From assembly GCA_905215695.1 (NCBI GenBank), contig CAJMQN010000002.1:134610-198609 (forward strand): 64,000 bases of DNA, in the 5' to 3' direction. Under the pieces are notes generated by a model. That model was not told the origin of the DNA and searched no databases. It saw nothing but the letters and a program-made list of their open reading frames with translations. Position 1 is the stretch's first letter. The number at the start of each line of letters is the position of its first letter. This stretch comes from an uncultured bacterium. GTDB taxonomy: Bacteria > Bacillota > Clostridia > Christensenellales > HGM11417. The position numbers and the translations under genes were made by a program. Of this stretch, positions 29,409 to 39,081 are shown in pieces.

Positions 29409-30779
29409 ATGAAGAATACAACCCAATTCATCTGCAATCAATGCGGATATGTCAGCACAAAATGGATGGGTCGATGCCCGAATTGCAACGAGTGGAACAC
29501 CTTGACCGAGCAGGCGGTCGCGCCCGAATCTGCGCATCGGAGCGCGAAAGCGCCCGTCCGCGCGCCCGTCGCCAAGCCCTTGCCTCTCTCCGAAATTTCC
29601 TATGAGGAATTCAGCCGTTTTTCAAGCGGGCTCGGCGAACTCGACAATGTATTGGGCGGGGGCATCGTGCCCGCCTCCCTCGTCCTCTTGGGCGGGGACC
29701 CGGGAATCGGAAAATCCACAATCCTGACGCAGGTCGCGGGCGTCGTCGCCAAGGACAAAAAAGTTTTGTACGTCTCCGCGGAGGAGAGTGCGTTTCAGGT
29801 CAAAATGCGGTGCAGGCGGTTAGGGGTGGACGGCTCTTCGCTGTACGTCGTCACCGAAAACAATCTCGAGGAAATCTGCGCGCTCATCTCTTCGGATAAC
29901 TACGCGCTCGCCGTCGTGGACTCCATTCAGGCGGTCTATCTCCCCTCTCTTTCGCAGAGCGCGGGCTCTATCAGTCAGGTGCGGGAGTGCGCCGCCGCAC
30001 TCATGCGCGCCTGCAAGAGCTCAGGCACGGCGACCTTTATCGTCGGGCACGTCAACAAGGACGGCGCCATCGCAGGTCCCAAAGTGCTCGAGCACGTCAT
30101 GGACACCGTGCTCTACTTCGAGGGCGAACACACCAACAATTTTAAAATTCTGCGCGCGGTCAAAAACCGTTTCGGCTCCACCAACGAGGTCGGAATCGTC
30201 GAAATGCGGGAGGACGGCATTCACGGGGTGGAAAACCCGAGCGGGATTTTACTCTCCGAAAACCGAGGCAAGAGCGCGGGCGCGGTTGCCGGGTGTCTTT
30301 TGGAGGGCAGCCGTTCGCTCATGATCGAAATACAGGCGCTCGTCGCGAAAACCGTCTTTCAGATGCCCCGCCGCATCATCAGCGGCGCGGACTACAACAA
30401 ACTCGTCCTTCTCATCGCGGTGCTCGAAAAGAAGGCGGGCGTGCTCCTCTACGACCAAGATGTCTATGTCAATATCATGGGCGGACTCCGCATCGACGAG
30501 CCGTCCGCGGATCTTCCCATTCTCGCGGCAATCGTGTCGAGCGCGAAAAACATTCCCGTCCCGAAGGACACCGCCATCTTCGGCGAGGTCGGACTGACCG
30601 GGGAAATCCGCGCCGTTCAGCAGGCCGAAAAACGCTTGAACGAGTGTATCAAACTCGGGTTCCGCCGAGCCGTCCTGCCCAAGGCGAACGCGAAATACGC
30701 GGACAAATTCAAGGACAAGATCGAACTTCTCTATGCCGGTCACATCTATACCGCCGTCAAAGAGCTGTTCGGATTGTAA
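29409..30779 (+). CDS. radA: DNA repair protein RadA/Sms
   Basis: Zinc finger CNQCGYVSTKWMGRCPNCNEWNT, Walker A GGDPGIGKST, KNRFG motif and a Lon-like C-terminal domain. Confidence 0.95.
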   Translation: MKNTTQFICNQCGYVSTKWMGRCPNCNEWNTLTEQAVAPESAHRSAKAPVRAPVAKPLPLSEISYEEFSRFSSGLGELDNVLGGGIVPASLVLLGGDPGIGKSTILTQVAGVVAKDKKVLYVSAEESAFQVKMRCRRLGVDGSSLYVVTENNLEEICALISSDNYALAVVDSIQAVYLPSLSQSAGSISQVRECAAALMRACKSSGTATFIVGHVNKDGAIAGPKVLEHVMDTVLYFEGEHTNNFKILRAVKNRFGSTNEVGIVEMREDGIHGVENPSGILLSENRGKSAGAVAGCLLEGSRSLMIEIQALVAKTVFQMPRRIISGADYNKLVLLIAVLEKKAGVLLYDQDVYVNIMGGLRIDEPSADLPILAAIVSSAKNIPVPKDTAIFGEVGLTGEIRAVQQAEKRLNECIKLGFRRAVLPKANAKYADKFKDKIELLYAGHIYTAVKELFGL

Positions 30780-30802
30780 ATATTTTTTTATCGGAGGTAC
30801 TT

Positions 30803-31102
30803 ATGAAGGCATTGGAAAAGGTATTTGACATTCTCGGCGAGATCATCGCCGTCGTACTTGTCATCACGTTCGCGCTCCTCATCATCGACGCAAACTTCAA
30901 GTTTCTGCCCGACGTTCTCTACAATATCCTGAACGTCATCCGCAACTACGGCGCGCTCGTGTTGATTGCGGTCGTGGGGCTTGAGGCGATCTCCAAACGG
31001 AACATTATCTTCAAAATTCTGTTCCTTGCGATGCTTGCGCTCATCGTCATCTTCCTCTTCTTCCCCGGCACATACGAAAATCTCATCAATCTCGTCAAGT
31101 AA
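30803..31102 (+). CDS. Hypothetical small membrane protein (99 aa, about 3 TM)
   Basis: CGGAGG RBS 6 nt upstream of ATG 30803. MKALEKVFDILGEIIAVVLVITFALLIID... The longer track ORF from 30293 lies inside radA and is rejected. Confidence 0.5.
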   Translation: MKALEKVFDILGEIIAVVLVITFALLIIDANFKFLPDVLYNILNVIRNYGALVLIAVVGLEAISKRNIIFKILFLAMLALIVIFLFFPGTYENLINLVK

Positions 31103-31109
31103 AAAAGAA

Positions 31110-31138
31110 ACGCCTTCGATTTTTCGGGGGCGTTTTTT
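31110..31138 (+). terminator. Intrinsic terminator after radA-membrane protein genes
   Basis: acgccttcg-attttt-cgggggcgt (9-bp stem including two G:U pairs) followed by T6. Confidence 0.6.
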
Positions 31139-31197
31139 CACGCATTTTTCTTCTCTCGCATAGCATAAAACAATCCAAATTCCAAAGAGGAGAAAGT

Positions 31198-32727
31198 ATG
31201 CAGAACCAAAGTTTTCCCACGCTCCGGCGCGTCTTCGGGCTCCGGGAAACCGTCACCATCACCGTGGGCACCGTCATCGGCGTGGGGCTCTTCACGGTGG
31301 GCGCGTCCGTGGTAGGCACGCTCGGGGCGGCGGTACTTCTCGCGACCCTCGTCGCCTGCCTGATCAGTATCTATCCCTCCCTCATGTATGCGGAGATGAG
31401 CGCCGCGCTTCCACTCTCAGGAGGCACCTATCAGTACGCAAAATACGGTCTCGGCAAGCCCTTCGGCATGCTTGCGGGCTGGAACTTCATCATCTCCATG
31501 GTCTCGGTCGCGAGCGGAGAGGCGCTCGCATTCAGCTTTTACATACGAACCCTGTTCGAGGCGCTCGGAGTCGGTCTGCCCGTCCCGGACGCGGTGATTG
31601 CGGGTATAGCGGTGCTTCTCTTTCTCGTCCTCGGCGTATTCGGCGTGGAGATGACGGGAAAGATGCAGAACGCCTTTCTGTTCTTCTTCTGGGGCGTCGC
31701 GGTGGTCTGGGTCTTCTCCATGATTCCGCACCTGCAATTCGGCAACTTTGATACGCCCTTCGCGGGCTTGACGGGAATCAACTTTTTTCAGGGCGTCGCG
31801 ATGATATGGTGGTGCTTTGCGGGTTTTGAGACCTGCTGTTCCTTGGGCGAAGAAATCCGGCACCCGCAGATCAATCTCCCCCGCGCGCTCTTTCTCGCGC
31901 CCTTCATCGTCTTTGCGGTCAACGGACTCTTCCAATGGGTGCTCGTCTGCATCGTGCCGCCCTCCGGACTTGCCGCAATCGCCACCGCGGCGGCACCCTA
32001 CGCCGAGGGCATGAAAACGGCAGGGATTGTGGGCTTTCCACTCATTCTGCTCTGTCTCGGCATCGCCTTCGGCGGGGACTTTTCCACCCTCAACGCGAGC
32101 ATCGTCGCCCCCGCGCGCTACCTCGCCGCCATGTCACGGGACGGGGTCTTGCCTCGGTTCTTCTCCTATATCCACCCGAAATTCCGCACGCCCATGGTTG
32201 CGGTCATCGTGCCCGGGCTCATCACTTTCGCGCTCGTCCTCACGAACAGCGTCACCTTCATCGCGTCCCTCTCCCTGTTCGCGACCCTTCTCTACTACGT
32301 CATCGGCATGTGCGCCGCCTGCGGGCTACGCAAGCGGCACCCGGAACTGATACGCCCCTACCGCGTCAAGGGAATTTGGGTCTTCGCTCCGGTCAGCATC
32401 GCAATCTATCTGCTCCTTATGACCCAGCTCGAGACCGAAGCCGTCCTTTTGGGGGTCGCTTGGTGCGCGCTCGGACTCGTTCTCTACACCGTCAGCGTGC
32501 TCGTCGGTCGGCGGCGCAGACAAACCGAATCCGTCCAAAACGCTCCCCCGACCGCGAGCGCTGCTCCCCCGCCCACGCTCGCGGAGCTTCAAAAAAAGAT
32601 GTATCCGCCCCCGCCCACAGTCGAGGGCAAAAGAAAAATGGACCGCGAGTACCGCGTTTGGAAAGCAGTTGTCTTTTCCGCCTGCGGAATCGTAATTCTA
32701 TTAAATCTGTTGTCCTTCCTGCTATAA
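31198..32727 (+). CDS. APC-superfamily amino acid/polyamine permease with Pro-rich C-terminal extension
   Basis: ITVGTVIGVGLFTVGASVVG...MYAEMSAALPLSGGTYQYA is a typical APC N-terminal region, with about 12 TM. There is an extra tail (PPTASAAPPPTLAELQKKMYPPPP) plus a final TM. GAGGAG RBS. Confidence 0.8.
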   Translation: MQNQSFPTLRRVFGLRETVTITVGTVIGVGLFTVGASVVGTLGAAVLLATLVACLISIYPSLMYAEMSAALPLSGGTYQYAKYGLGKPFGMLAGWNFIISMVSVASGEALAFSFYIRTLFEALGVGLPVPDAVIAGIAVLLFLVLGVFGVEMTGKMQNAFLFFFWGVAVVWVFSMIPHLQFGNFDTPFAGLTGINFFQGVAMIWWCFAGFETCCSLGEEIRHPQINLPRALFLAPFIVFAVNGLFQWVLVCIVPPSGLAAIATAAAPYAEGMKTAGIVGFPLILLCLGIAFGGDFSTLNASIVAPARYLAAMSRDGVLPRFFSYIHPKFRTPMVAVIVPGLITFALVLTNSVTFIASLSLFATLLYYVIGMCAACGLRKRHPELIRPYRVKGIWVFAPVSIAIYLLLMTQLETEAVLLGVAWCALGLVLYTVSVLVGRRRRQTESVQNAPPTASAAPPPTLAELQKKMYPPPPTVEGKRKMDREYRVWKAVVFSACGIVILLNLLSFLL

Positions 32728-32730
32728 AAA

Positions 32731-32755
32731 AACGGTCGGTTTTCCCGACCGTTTT
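32731..32755. terminator. Bidirectional intrinsic terminator between convergent permease and ATPase genes
   Basis: aacggtcgg-ttttc-ccgaccgtt (9-bp stem), flanked by A7 and a T-run. Confidence 0.75.
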
Positions 32756-32757
32756 CT

Positions 32758-34809
32758 CTATCCTCTTTTCTTTTTCACCCGAAGCGCGCGCAACGCATTT
32801 AGAATTGCGAGGAAGGAAACGCCCACGTCCGCGAACACCGCGAGCCACATGGACGCAAACCCGAGCGCGCCCAGCACAAGAATGACAGCCTTTACGCCGA
32901 GCGCAAACACGATATTCTCCTTGACGATGCGCATGGTCCGGCGGCTTTGCCGGATTCCCTTTGCAAGTTTGGAAGGCTCGTCGGTCATCAATACGACGTC
33001 CGCAACCTCGATTGCCGCGTCGCTCCCCATGCCGCCCATCGCGATTCCGACGTCCGCGCGCGCAATGACGGGCGCGTCGTTGATGCCGTCTCCCGCAAAG
33101 AGGAGTTTGCCCTTTTCGCTCTTTTCCGCAAGCAGGGCTTCCACCCGCGCCACCTTGTCCTGCGGGAGCAGTCCCGCATAGACCTCGTTGATTCCGAGCG
33201 TCCGTCCGACCGCCTCTGCGACCTCGGGCGCATCTCCGGTCAGCATAACCGTCTTTTTGACTCCCGCCACGCGCAGTTCGGCAACTGCCTCCCGGCTGTC
33301 CGGCTTGATTTCGTCCGCAATGAGAATACTTCCGAGGAATTTTCCGCCCCGCGCGACATACACCGCCGTTCCGGGTTCTGCGCAGGCGGAAAAGGCAATT
33401 TTCTCCCGCTCGAGCAGTTTCGCGTTGCCGCAGAGCACCCGCTCGCCCTCGAATATCGCGGAGATTCCGTATCCCGAAAGCTCCTGCGCGTCCGAGACGT
33501 CCGAAAGGGGTGCGACACCCGACGCTTTCACAATTGATTTTGCGATGGGGTGATTGGAAACGCTCTCCGCCGCCGCCGCGACACGGAGTAGTTCGGCTTC
33601 CTCCGTGCCCGGTGCGGGAGAAACTTTCGCCACGGCAAAGTTGCCCTTTGTGAGCGTGCCGGTCTTATCGAACACGACAATCTCCGCCCGCGCAAGTTCC
33701 TCGACGTTGTGGCTCCCTTTAATGAGCACGCCCATGCGGGACGCGCCGCCGATACCGCCGAAAAAGGAGAGGGGCACAGATATAACAAGCGCGCAGGGAC
33801 AGGAGATGACGAGGAAGGTCAGCGCGCGGTATCCCCATTCCGCAAAGTGCGAAAACCCGACAAAGAGACAGGGTACTACCGCCAAGAGCACCGCGCCCGC
33901 CACCACGGCGGGGGTATAGTATTTGGCGAATTTTGTGATAAAGTTCTCTGAACGGGACTTTTTGGCGGAGGCGTTCTCCACCATATCGAGAATTTTCGCA
34001 ACCGTCGATTCGGCAAAGACGCGGGTCACGCGGATTTCCACCGTACCCGAGAGATTGATGCTGCCCGAGAGCACCTCCTCCCCTTGCGCGAGTTCACGGG
34101 GCAGGGATTCCCCTGTCAGCGCGGAATGATCGACTGTCGTATGCCCGGAGACGAGTACGCCGTCGAGGGGCACCCGCTCCCCCGCCTTGACAAGAATGAT
34201 TTCGCCGGGCGCAACCTCTTCGGGACTCACCCGCACCGCGCCGCCCTCCCGCAGGACGTTGGCAAAGTCCGGGCGCAGGTCGAGAAGGCTCTTGATGTTC
34301 TTTCTCGACCGCTCGACCGCCATGTCCTGAAAGAGTTCGCCGATTCGGTAAAATAACATGACGCCCACCGCCTCGGGGAAGTCGCCGATCGCAAACGCGC
34401 CGACCGAGGCGACCGCCATGAGAAAGTTCTCGTCGAAAATCTTTCCGTGCCCGATAGACCGCGCGGAATTCCAGAGAATTTCCGCGCCGATAACGAGGTA
34501 CGCCGCAAGACAGAGCCAGAGTTTGGCATTGTTCGCCGCAAACACCCGCTCCTCCCCGAAGAAGAAGGACAGCGCAAGCAAAACCGCCGAGAGAGCAATC
34601 TGCGCGTAAATCAGCCGGAATTTTCCGATTTTCAAATCGGCGTGTTCGTGGTTGTCACAGTGTCCACAACCGCAGGCGTGCCTGTGCCCGCACTCCTCGT
34701 GCCCGTGTTCATGCTCGTGTTCGTGGCAATGCGCATGCCCGTGACAGGATTCATGTTCCCGTTCTTTTTCCTGTTGCCCGCAACCGCAGGCGATATGTTT
34801 GTTTTCCAT
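32758..34809 (-). CDS. Heavy-metal-translocating P1B-type ATPase (Cd/Zn/Co-type, CadA/ZntA-like) with His/Cys-rich N-terminus
   Basis: CPC transmembrane motif (ISCPCALVISVP), DKTGTLT and GDGINDAP. N-terminus HESCHGHAHCHEHEHEHGHEECGHRHACGCGHCDNHEH. Confidence 0.9.
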   Translation of the reverse strand: MENKHIACGCGQQEKEREHESCHGHAHCHEHEHEHGHEECGHRHACGCGHCDNHEHADLKIGKFRLIYAQIALSAVLLALSFFFGEERVFAANNAKLWLCLAAYLVIGAEILWNSARSIGHGKIFDENFLMAVASVGAFAIGDFPEAVGVMLFYRIGELFQDMAVERSRKNIKSLLDLRPDFANVLREGGAVRVSPEEVAPGEIILVKAGERVPLDGVLVSGHTTVDHSALTGESLPRELAQGEEVLSGSINLSGTVEIRVTRVFAESTVAKILDMVENASAKKSRSENFITKFAKYYTPAVVAGAVLLAVVPCLFVGFSHFAEWGYRALTFLVISCPCALVISVPLSFFGGIGGASRMGVLIKGSHNVEELARAEIVVFDKTGTLTKGNFAVAKVSPAPGTEEAELLRVAAAAESVSNHPIAKSIVKASGVAPLSDVSDAQELSGYGISAIFEGERVLCGNAKLLEREKIAFSACAEPGTAVYVARGGKFLGSILIADEIKPDSREAVAELRVAGVKKTVMLTGDAPEVAEAVGRTLGINEVYAGLLPQDKVARVEALLAEKSEKGKLLFAGDGINDAPVIARADVGIAMGGMGSDAAIEVADVVLMTDEPSKLAKGIRQSRRTMRIVKENIVFALGVKAVILVLGALGFASMWLAVFADVGVSFLAILNALRALRVKKKRG

Positions 34810-34812
34810 ATT

Positions 34813-35169
34813 TTATTCCATGATGTGGTCGAACCCATCCGCCATAATGTGCTTGACATGGTCGTCCGCCAAAAAATAAATGACAGACTTCCCCTCCCGC
34901 CTGCACCGCACCAGCCGCGCCTGTTTCAATACCCGTAACTGATGCGATATCGCGGACTGCGTCATGCCGAGGAGCTCGCAGATATCGCAGACGCACATCT
35001 CCGCCTCGAAGAGCGCATAGAGAATCTTCACCCGCGTGGTATCCCCGAAAATTTTAAACAAATCCGCGAGGTCGTACAGAAGGCTCTCTTCGGGCATATC
35101 CCGTTTTGCGCTCTCCACCACTTCCTCGTGCACAATCTTCTCCTCACAGCATTCGCATTTGCTTTCCAT
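34813..35169 (-). CDS. ArsR/SmtB-family metalloregulator, CadC-like (118 aa)
   Basis: HTH LLGMTQSAISHQLRVLKQARLV, alpha3 CVCDIC site and N-terminal Cys cluster MESKCECCEEK. The start is moved to ATG 35169 (AAGGAG 6 nt upstream). The track start 35205 lies only about 6 nt after the -10 box. Confidence 0.85.
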   Translation of the reverse strand: MESKCECCEEKIVHEEVVESAKRDMPEESLLYDLADLFKIFGDTTRVKILYALFEAEMCVCDICELLGMTQSAISHQLRVLKQARLVRCRREGKSVIYFLADDHVKHIMADGFDHIME

Positions 35170-35186
35170 TTCATTCTCCTTAAAAA

Positions 35187-35208
35187 CACATGAACAATTA
35201 TTCATATG
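35187..35208 (-). promoter_or_regulatory. Candidate ArsR-family operator (imperfect inverted repeat)
   Basis: The minus strand reads CATATGAA-taattg-TTCATGTG (7 of 8 complementary). It lies between the -10 box and the RBS of the regulator gene. Confidence 0.45.
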
Positions 35209-35211
35209 TTT

Positions 35212-35240
35212 ATTATATGCGGAAGTATGGGAATTGTCAA
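35212..35240 (-). promoter_or_regulatory. Consensus sigma-A promoter for the metalloregulator-ATPase operon
   Basis: Minus strand TTGACA-17 nt-TATAAT, a perfect match to both hexamers. Confidence 0.65.
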
Positions 35241-35250
35241 CTGTTTTTTC

Positions 35251-35288
35251 AAAAAAAATAAAAAAATCCGACTGTCCGAAAACAGCCG
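35251..35288 (-). terminator. Intrinsic terminator downstream of the 777-aa glycoside hydrolase gene
   Basis: The minus-strand hairpin is ttcggctgt-tttc-ggacagtcgga, with one mismatch in the stem. A long U-rich run follows it (A-run at 35251-35266 on the plus strand). Confidence 0.55.
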
Positions 35289-35308
35289 AATTTTCAAACG
35301 TTCGATAT

Positions 35309-37642
35309 TTATTTTTTTCTGCGCAAGACGCAGTTTAAAAGTCTCGCGGGGCGCAAAACCGAATATTTTGACAAATCGTCCCGAAGGATTTCCGCCGGAT
35401 TTTTTCCGATTTCCGCCGTCGCAAGAAACCGCCCCCGCCGTCCCGGACGGACGCGGAAGGGAGAACAGATTCCCTCAAAACGTTCCTCCCCCAAACGCAA
35501 AGAGAGCATTTCTCCCTCAAATCGGAATTCAATTTCATCCTCACTCTCAAGCGTCAAGGTTCCCGAAAACCGCAGAGAGTGTTCGTCTTCCCCCGATAGA
35601 TTCCACAGGACGGGTATCTCCTCAAAATCCGACCGCACCGGAGCGGGCGTACTGCCCGGTTGAAGAAGGAGCGCCTTTCCCGGCTCAAGGGAAATACGGC
35701 ATTTTCCCGAAACGACCGGGAGCAAATCCCGCTCGTTGTTCAGCCAATCGACCGCAAGACAGGAAACATACGCCCCGACAGTTACCTCTGTTTCTATCTT
35801 ATTCCCGCCCTCATTGTGCAAAAAATACAGATTTTCCTCTTTGTCCGCCAATCCGAGAACACGCAGTCCGGGTTCTTGGGTGGAAAGCGTCAGTGTTCGG
35901 CACCCCAGTTCGGTCAATGTCCGCAAGAGTCCTTCCCAGTCCGGGGATTTAGAGAGCCGCAGGACAGAACAGGACGCATCGGAAAGTTTTCGCTCAACGG
36001 ACCCCGGCAAAAATTCCGCCCAAGGAACAATCAAGCAAGTATATTTGTCCGCGCAATTCAACGCATCGGAAGGCAGAATATCGAAATCAATCTGATTCTC
36101 CATCAGTGTCCGCGCAACGCCGTCCACCGGCGCAAAATCTCTGCCGCTCCAATCAGCCTCCGCATGATAGAGCACTGCGGTGCGGATCATCGGCTGCCCC
36201 TCGCTCAATCGTTGGGACATTCGTTTGAGATATCTGCTCACAATACAGTAACCTGCAAATCCAAAATTTCTTCCGCCGCAGTAGAAGTGCGGCGGACAAT
36301 CGACGTTTGGATAGACGGAGGAAAACGCGTGCGGTATAAAGCGATTGATTCCCCGCACCAGCATGTGATTGGCGAGATATGCCATTTCCGAAAGACTCTC
36401 CCCCCAGCCGTACGCACCGAAAATTTCGCAGAGCGCGCGCCCCTGTTTTTCGGGGTCGATATGCGCGCAGGAAGAGGCAAGTTTTGCGAGCGTACCGTCG
36501 AAAAAGAGCGGATCGGCATACCCGCCCGCAATGGGCGCAAGGTGTCTCCCGCGATATAAAGGTTTTATCTGATGCAGAACAACATCTACAGATGCGCAGT
36601 CTGCCCCGCGTTGACTCCGAAAATAGTGTCCCGCCGAACAGCCGAGATGGGCGTGCGCTCCCATATCCTCTATGATATGTCCGCAGTACGTAAGTCCGCG
36701 CTCATGACACCAACTTGCAAGTCTGCCCGAAAAATTTTCGGCATACGCACGAGTAACGAGATCCATATATCTGCAACGGATTTCGGAAGTTCTTTCCCCG
36801 AGGTCAAACCACAGCGAAAGAATTTCTCCCCGCGCCGCGCCCGGAACGCCCTTAAAGATTTCTTCCTCAAGCCCCTTCCGATAGGGATACGCCATACCCG
36901 GAATACCGATACGGGTATTGTACTCGTCATAGCCGTGGCGCAGATCGATGTTGGCAAACCCGTTTGCAAATCGGGGTTCGTCCGAAAAGAAACCGACAAA
37001 AGTGTCCCGATATTTCTCGCCGTAGCGTTCGTAATGGGAGCGGTAAACGGTGTCGATCAGCACATCGACGGAGGCAGGTTCGAGCATGTCGATATAACGC
37101 TCCCGTCCGGCGCCCTCCGCCCCGCCTCTCGTCTGCTTTACACAGCACACCCGGAGGGGCGTTCCGTCATAATCCAGTTCCAGAAAGTTCCCTTTTACGC
37201 AGTCGGACACCTCTCCGAGCAATTCTCCGTGTGCGCCGTCCCGCATCCGCAGCAGCCAGACGCCGAGGATTTGGTCCTCGTTCGCCTCGTCCCCGACAGA
37301 ATTTAAAATCAATCTGATTTTTCCGGGCAATCCCTCGAGGTCTATACAGTCCGCTTTGATTCTCCAAGGGCGCAGCGGAGAATCCGCGGCAATCGCGTCT
37401 GCGGCGCTCCCCGTCGGATAGTGCTTGTCGTCAAGCAGCCAGACGCGCATGTCCCGCTCCTTCGCCGCGGCAAGAATGCCGTCCATCATCCGCCACCAAC
37501 GCGAACCGCAGAAGTCCGGGTGAATGCGCGATTCCACGCAAAAAGCCGTCGCACCGCTCTTCCCGATTCCCTCGATTTCCGCGCAAACCGCGCCGAGGTC
37601 GTCATCCGTCACCCATAAAAAGGGGTATAAAAAGTCCTTCAT
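35309..37642 (-). CDS. Putative cytoplasmic glycoside hydrolase (TIM-barrel plus beta-sandwich architecture; family not assignable by eye)
   Basis: 777 aa with no signal peptide. The N-terminus is MKDFLYPFLWVTDDDLGAVCAEIEGIGKSGATAFCVESRIHPDFCGSRWWRMMDGILAAAKERDMRVWLLDDKHYPTGSA. This resembles uncharacterised GH-like proteins (GH106/GH2-like) from memory only. Confidence 0.5.
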   Translation of the reverse strand: MKDFLYPFLWVTDDDLGAVCAEIEGIGKSGATAFCVESRIHPDFCGSRWWRMMDGILAAAKERDMRVWLLDDKHYPTGSAADAIAADSPLRPWRIKADCIDLEGLPGKIRLILNSVGDEANEDQILGVWLLRMRDGAHGELLGEVSDCVKGNFLELDYDGTPLRVCCVKQTRGGAEGAGRERYIDMLEPASVDVLIDTVYRSHYERYGEKYRDTFVGFFSDEPRFANGFANIDLRHGYDEYNTRIGIPGMAYPYRKGLEEEIFKGVPGAARGEILSLWFDLGERTSEIRCRYMDLVTRAYAENFSGRLASWCHERGLTYCGHIIEDMGAHAHLGCSAGHYFRSQRGADCASVDVVLHQIKPLYRGRHLAPIAGGYADPLFFDGTLAKLASSCAHIDPEKQGRALCEIFGAYGWGESLSEMAYLANHMLVRGINRFIPHAFSSVYPNVDCPPHFYCGGRNFGFAGYCIVSRYLKRMSQRLSEGQPMIRTAVLYHAEADWSGRDFAPVDGVARTLMENQIDFDILPSDALNCADKYTCLIVPWAEFLPGSVERKLSDASCSVLRLSKSPDWEGLLRTLTELGCRTLTLSTQEPGLRVLGLADKEENLYFLHNEGGNKIETEVTVGAYVSCLAVDWLNNERDLLPVVSGKCRISLEPGKALLLQPGSTPAPVRSDFEEIPVLWNLSGEDEHSLRFSGTLTLESEDEIEFRFEGEMLSLRLGEERFEGICSPFRVRPGRRGRFLATAEIGKNPAEILRDDLSKYSVLRPARLLNCVLRRKK

Positions 37643-37817
37643 GACTGTCTCCTTAAAATCGGAAAGCGGACCATTCCTTGGAACGGTCCGTTCTTTCCTG
37701 TTCGCCTAATTGAGCTGTAAAATGTCCAAATAAATCCAAAGTCCGGATTCACCCCGAAGCGTCTCTATCCCGCAAGCACGCGGGACGAACTCTTGAAAAA
37801 TTACCCCGACAAATAGG

Positions 37818-37847
37818 AAAAGGGACTGCAAACGCAGTCCCTTTTTT
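37818..37847 (-). terminator. Intrinsic terminator downstream of icd
   Basis: aaaagggactgc-aaac-gcagtccctttt, with T-rich flanks on both strands. Confidence 0.7.
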
Positions 37848-37860
37848 CTATCTCATGTTT

Positions 37861-39066
37861 TTATTCCATTCTGTCCCGCACGGCGAGCAAAAATTCCTTG
37901 GTATTGACCGCGCGGACGGTCACTTCGGGATTGTGAAAGAGTCCCACGAGGTCCTTGGTCATGACCCCTTCCTCTATGGTACGCACCGTTGCGGATTCCA
38001 GCCGCTCGGCAAACGTGCAGAGCTCGGCATTGCCGTCCATCTCGCCGCGCTTATGCAGAGCGCCCGTCCAGGCGAAGATGGTCGCGACCGAATTTGTGGA
38101 GGTCTCCTCCCCTGCGCGGTGCTTATAGTAATGGCGTGTCACCGTGCCGTGCGCCGCCTCGAATTCGTACTTGCCGTCCGGCGAGACGAGAACGCTCGTC
38201 ATCATCGCAAGAGACCCGAACGCCGTTGCGACCATATCGCTCATGACGTCGCCGTCATAGTTCTTGCACGCCCAGATAAAGCCGCCCGAACTCCGCACAA
38301 CCCGCGCAACCGCATCGTCAATGAGGGTGTACATGTATTCGATTCCCGCCGCCGAAAATTTTTCTGCGTACTCCGCGTCGAAGATTTCCCGAAAGATATC
38401 CTTGAACCGATGGTCGTAGGTCTTGGAAATGGTGTCCTTGGTCGCAAACCAAAGGTCCTGTTTGGTGTCCAGCGCGTAATTGAAACAGCTCCGCGCAAAG
38501 CTCGAAATACTCGCGTCGGTGTTGTGCATGGTCTGCACGATTCCGTCCGATTTCGAGAAGTCGAAGACCGTCTTTCTGCTCTCGCCGTCCGCGCCCGTTA
38601 CGACGAGTTCCGCCTTTTCTCCCTTCTTTACACGGGATTCCACACCCGAATAGACATCGCCGTAGGCGTGGCGGGCGATGGTAATGGGCTTTTTCCAGCC
38701 CGGAATAAAGGGAACAACGCCCTTCGCCATGACCGGCGCGCGGAAGACCGTTCCGTCCATGATCGCGCGGATCGTGCCGTTGGGGCTCTTCCACATCTGC
38801 TTTAAGCCGTACTCCTTCACGCGGTCGGCGTTCGGGGTAATCGTCGCGCACTTGACCGCAACGCCGTACTTTAGGGCGGCGCGCGCGCTCTCGCGGGTAA
38901 TCTCGTCGTCGGTCTCGTCCCGCTTTTGGAGTCCGAGGTCGTAGTATTCGGTCTTTAAATCCACATAGGGAGTGATGAGAATGTCCTTGATCCACTGCCA
39001 GATGACCCTCGTCATCTCGTCCCCATCCATTTCGACGAGTGGGGTCGTCATCTTGATCTTCGCCAT
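37861..39066 (-). CDS. icd: NADP-dependent isocitrate dehydrogenase, eukaryote-like type II homodimeric class (401 aa)
   Basis: [57 protein letters not shown]... and [29 protein letters not shown]. The start is ATG 39066, with GGGAGG upstream. Confidence 0.92.
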   Translation of the reverse strand: MAKIKMTTPLVEMDGDEMTRVIWQWIKDILITPYVDLKTEYYDLGLQKRDETDDEITRESARAALKYGVAVKCATITPNADRVKEYGLKQMWKSPNGTIRAIMDGTVFRAPVMAKGVVPFIPGWKKPITIARHAYGDVYSGVESRVKKGEKAELVVTGADGESRKTVFDFSKSDGIVQTMHNTDASISSFARSCFNYALDTKQDLWFATKDTISKTYDHRFKDIFREIFDAEYAEKFSAAGIEYMYTLIDDAVARVVRSSGGFIWACKNYDGDVMSDMVATAFGSLAMMTSVLVSPDGKYEFEAAHGTVTRHYYKHRAGEETSTNSVATIFAWTGALHKRGEMDGNAELCTFAERLESATVRTIEEGVMTKDLVGLFHNPEVTVRAVNTKEFLLAVRDRME

Positions 39067-39081
39067 AAAAAAATACCTCCC

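Noticed and set aside
34630-34809. CAC/CAT/GAA-rich repetitive nucleotide stretch that looked like a microsatellite
   Set aside because: It is in frame and encodes the His/Cys/Glu-rich metal-binding N-terminus (HGHAHCHEHEHEHGHEECGH) of the P1B ATPase. This is a coding low-complexity region, not a non-coding repeat.
35206-35952. 248-aa plus-strand ORF spanning the metalloregulator promoter and the 3' end of the 777-aa GH gene
   Set aside because: It overlaps a terminator, a consensus promoter on the other strand and a long supported gene. The translation is Pro/Arg-rich and low-complexity.
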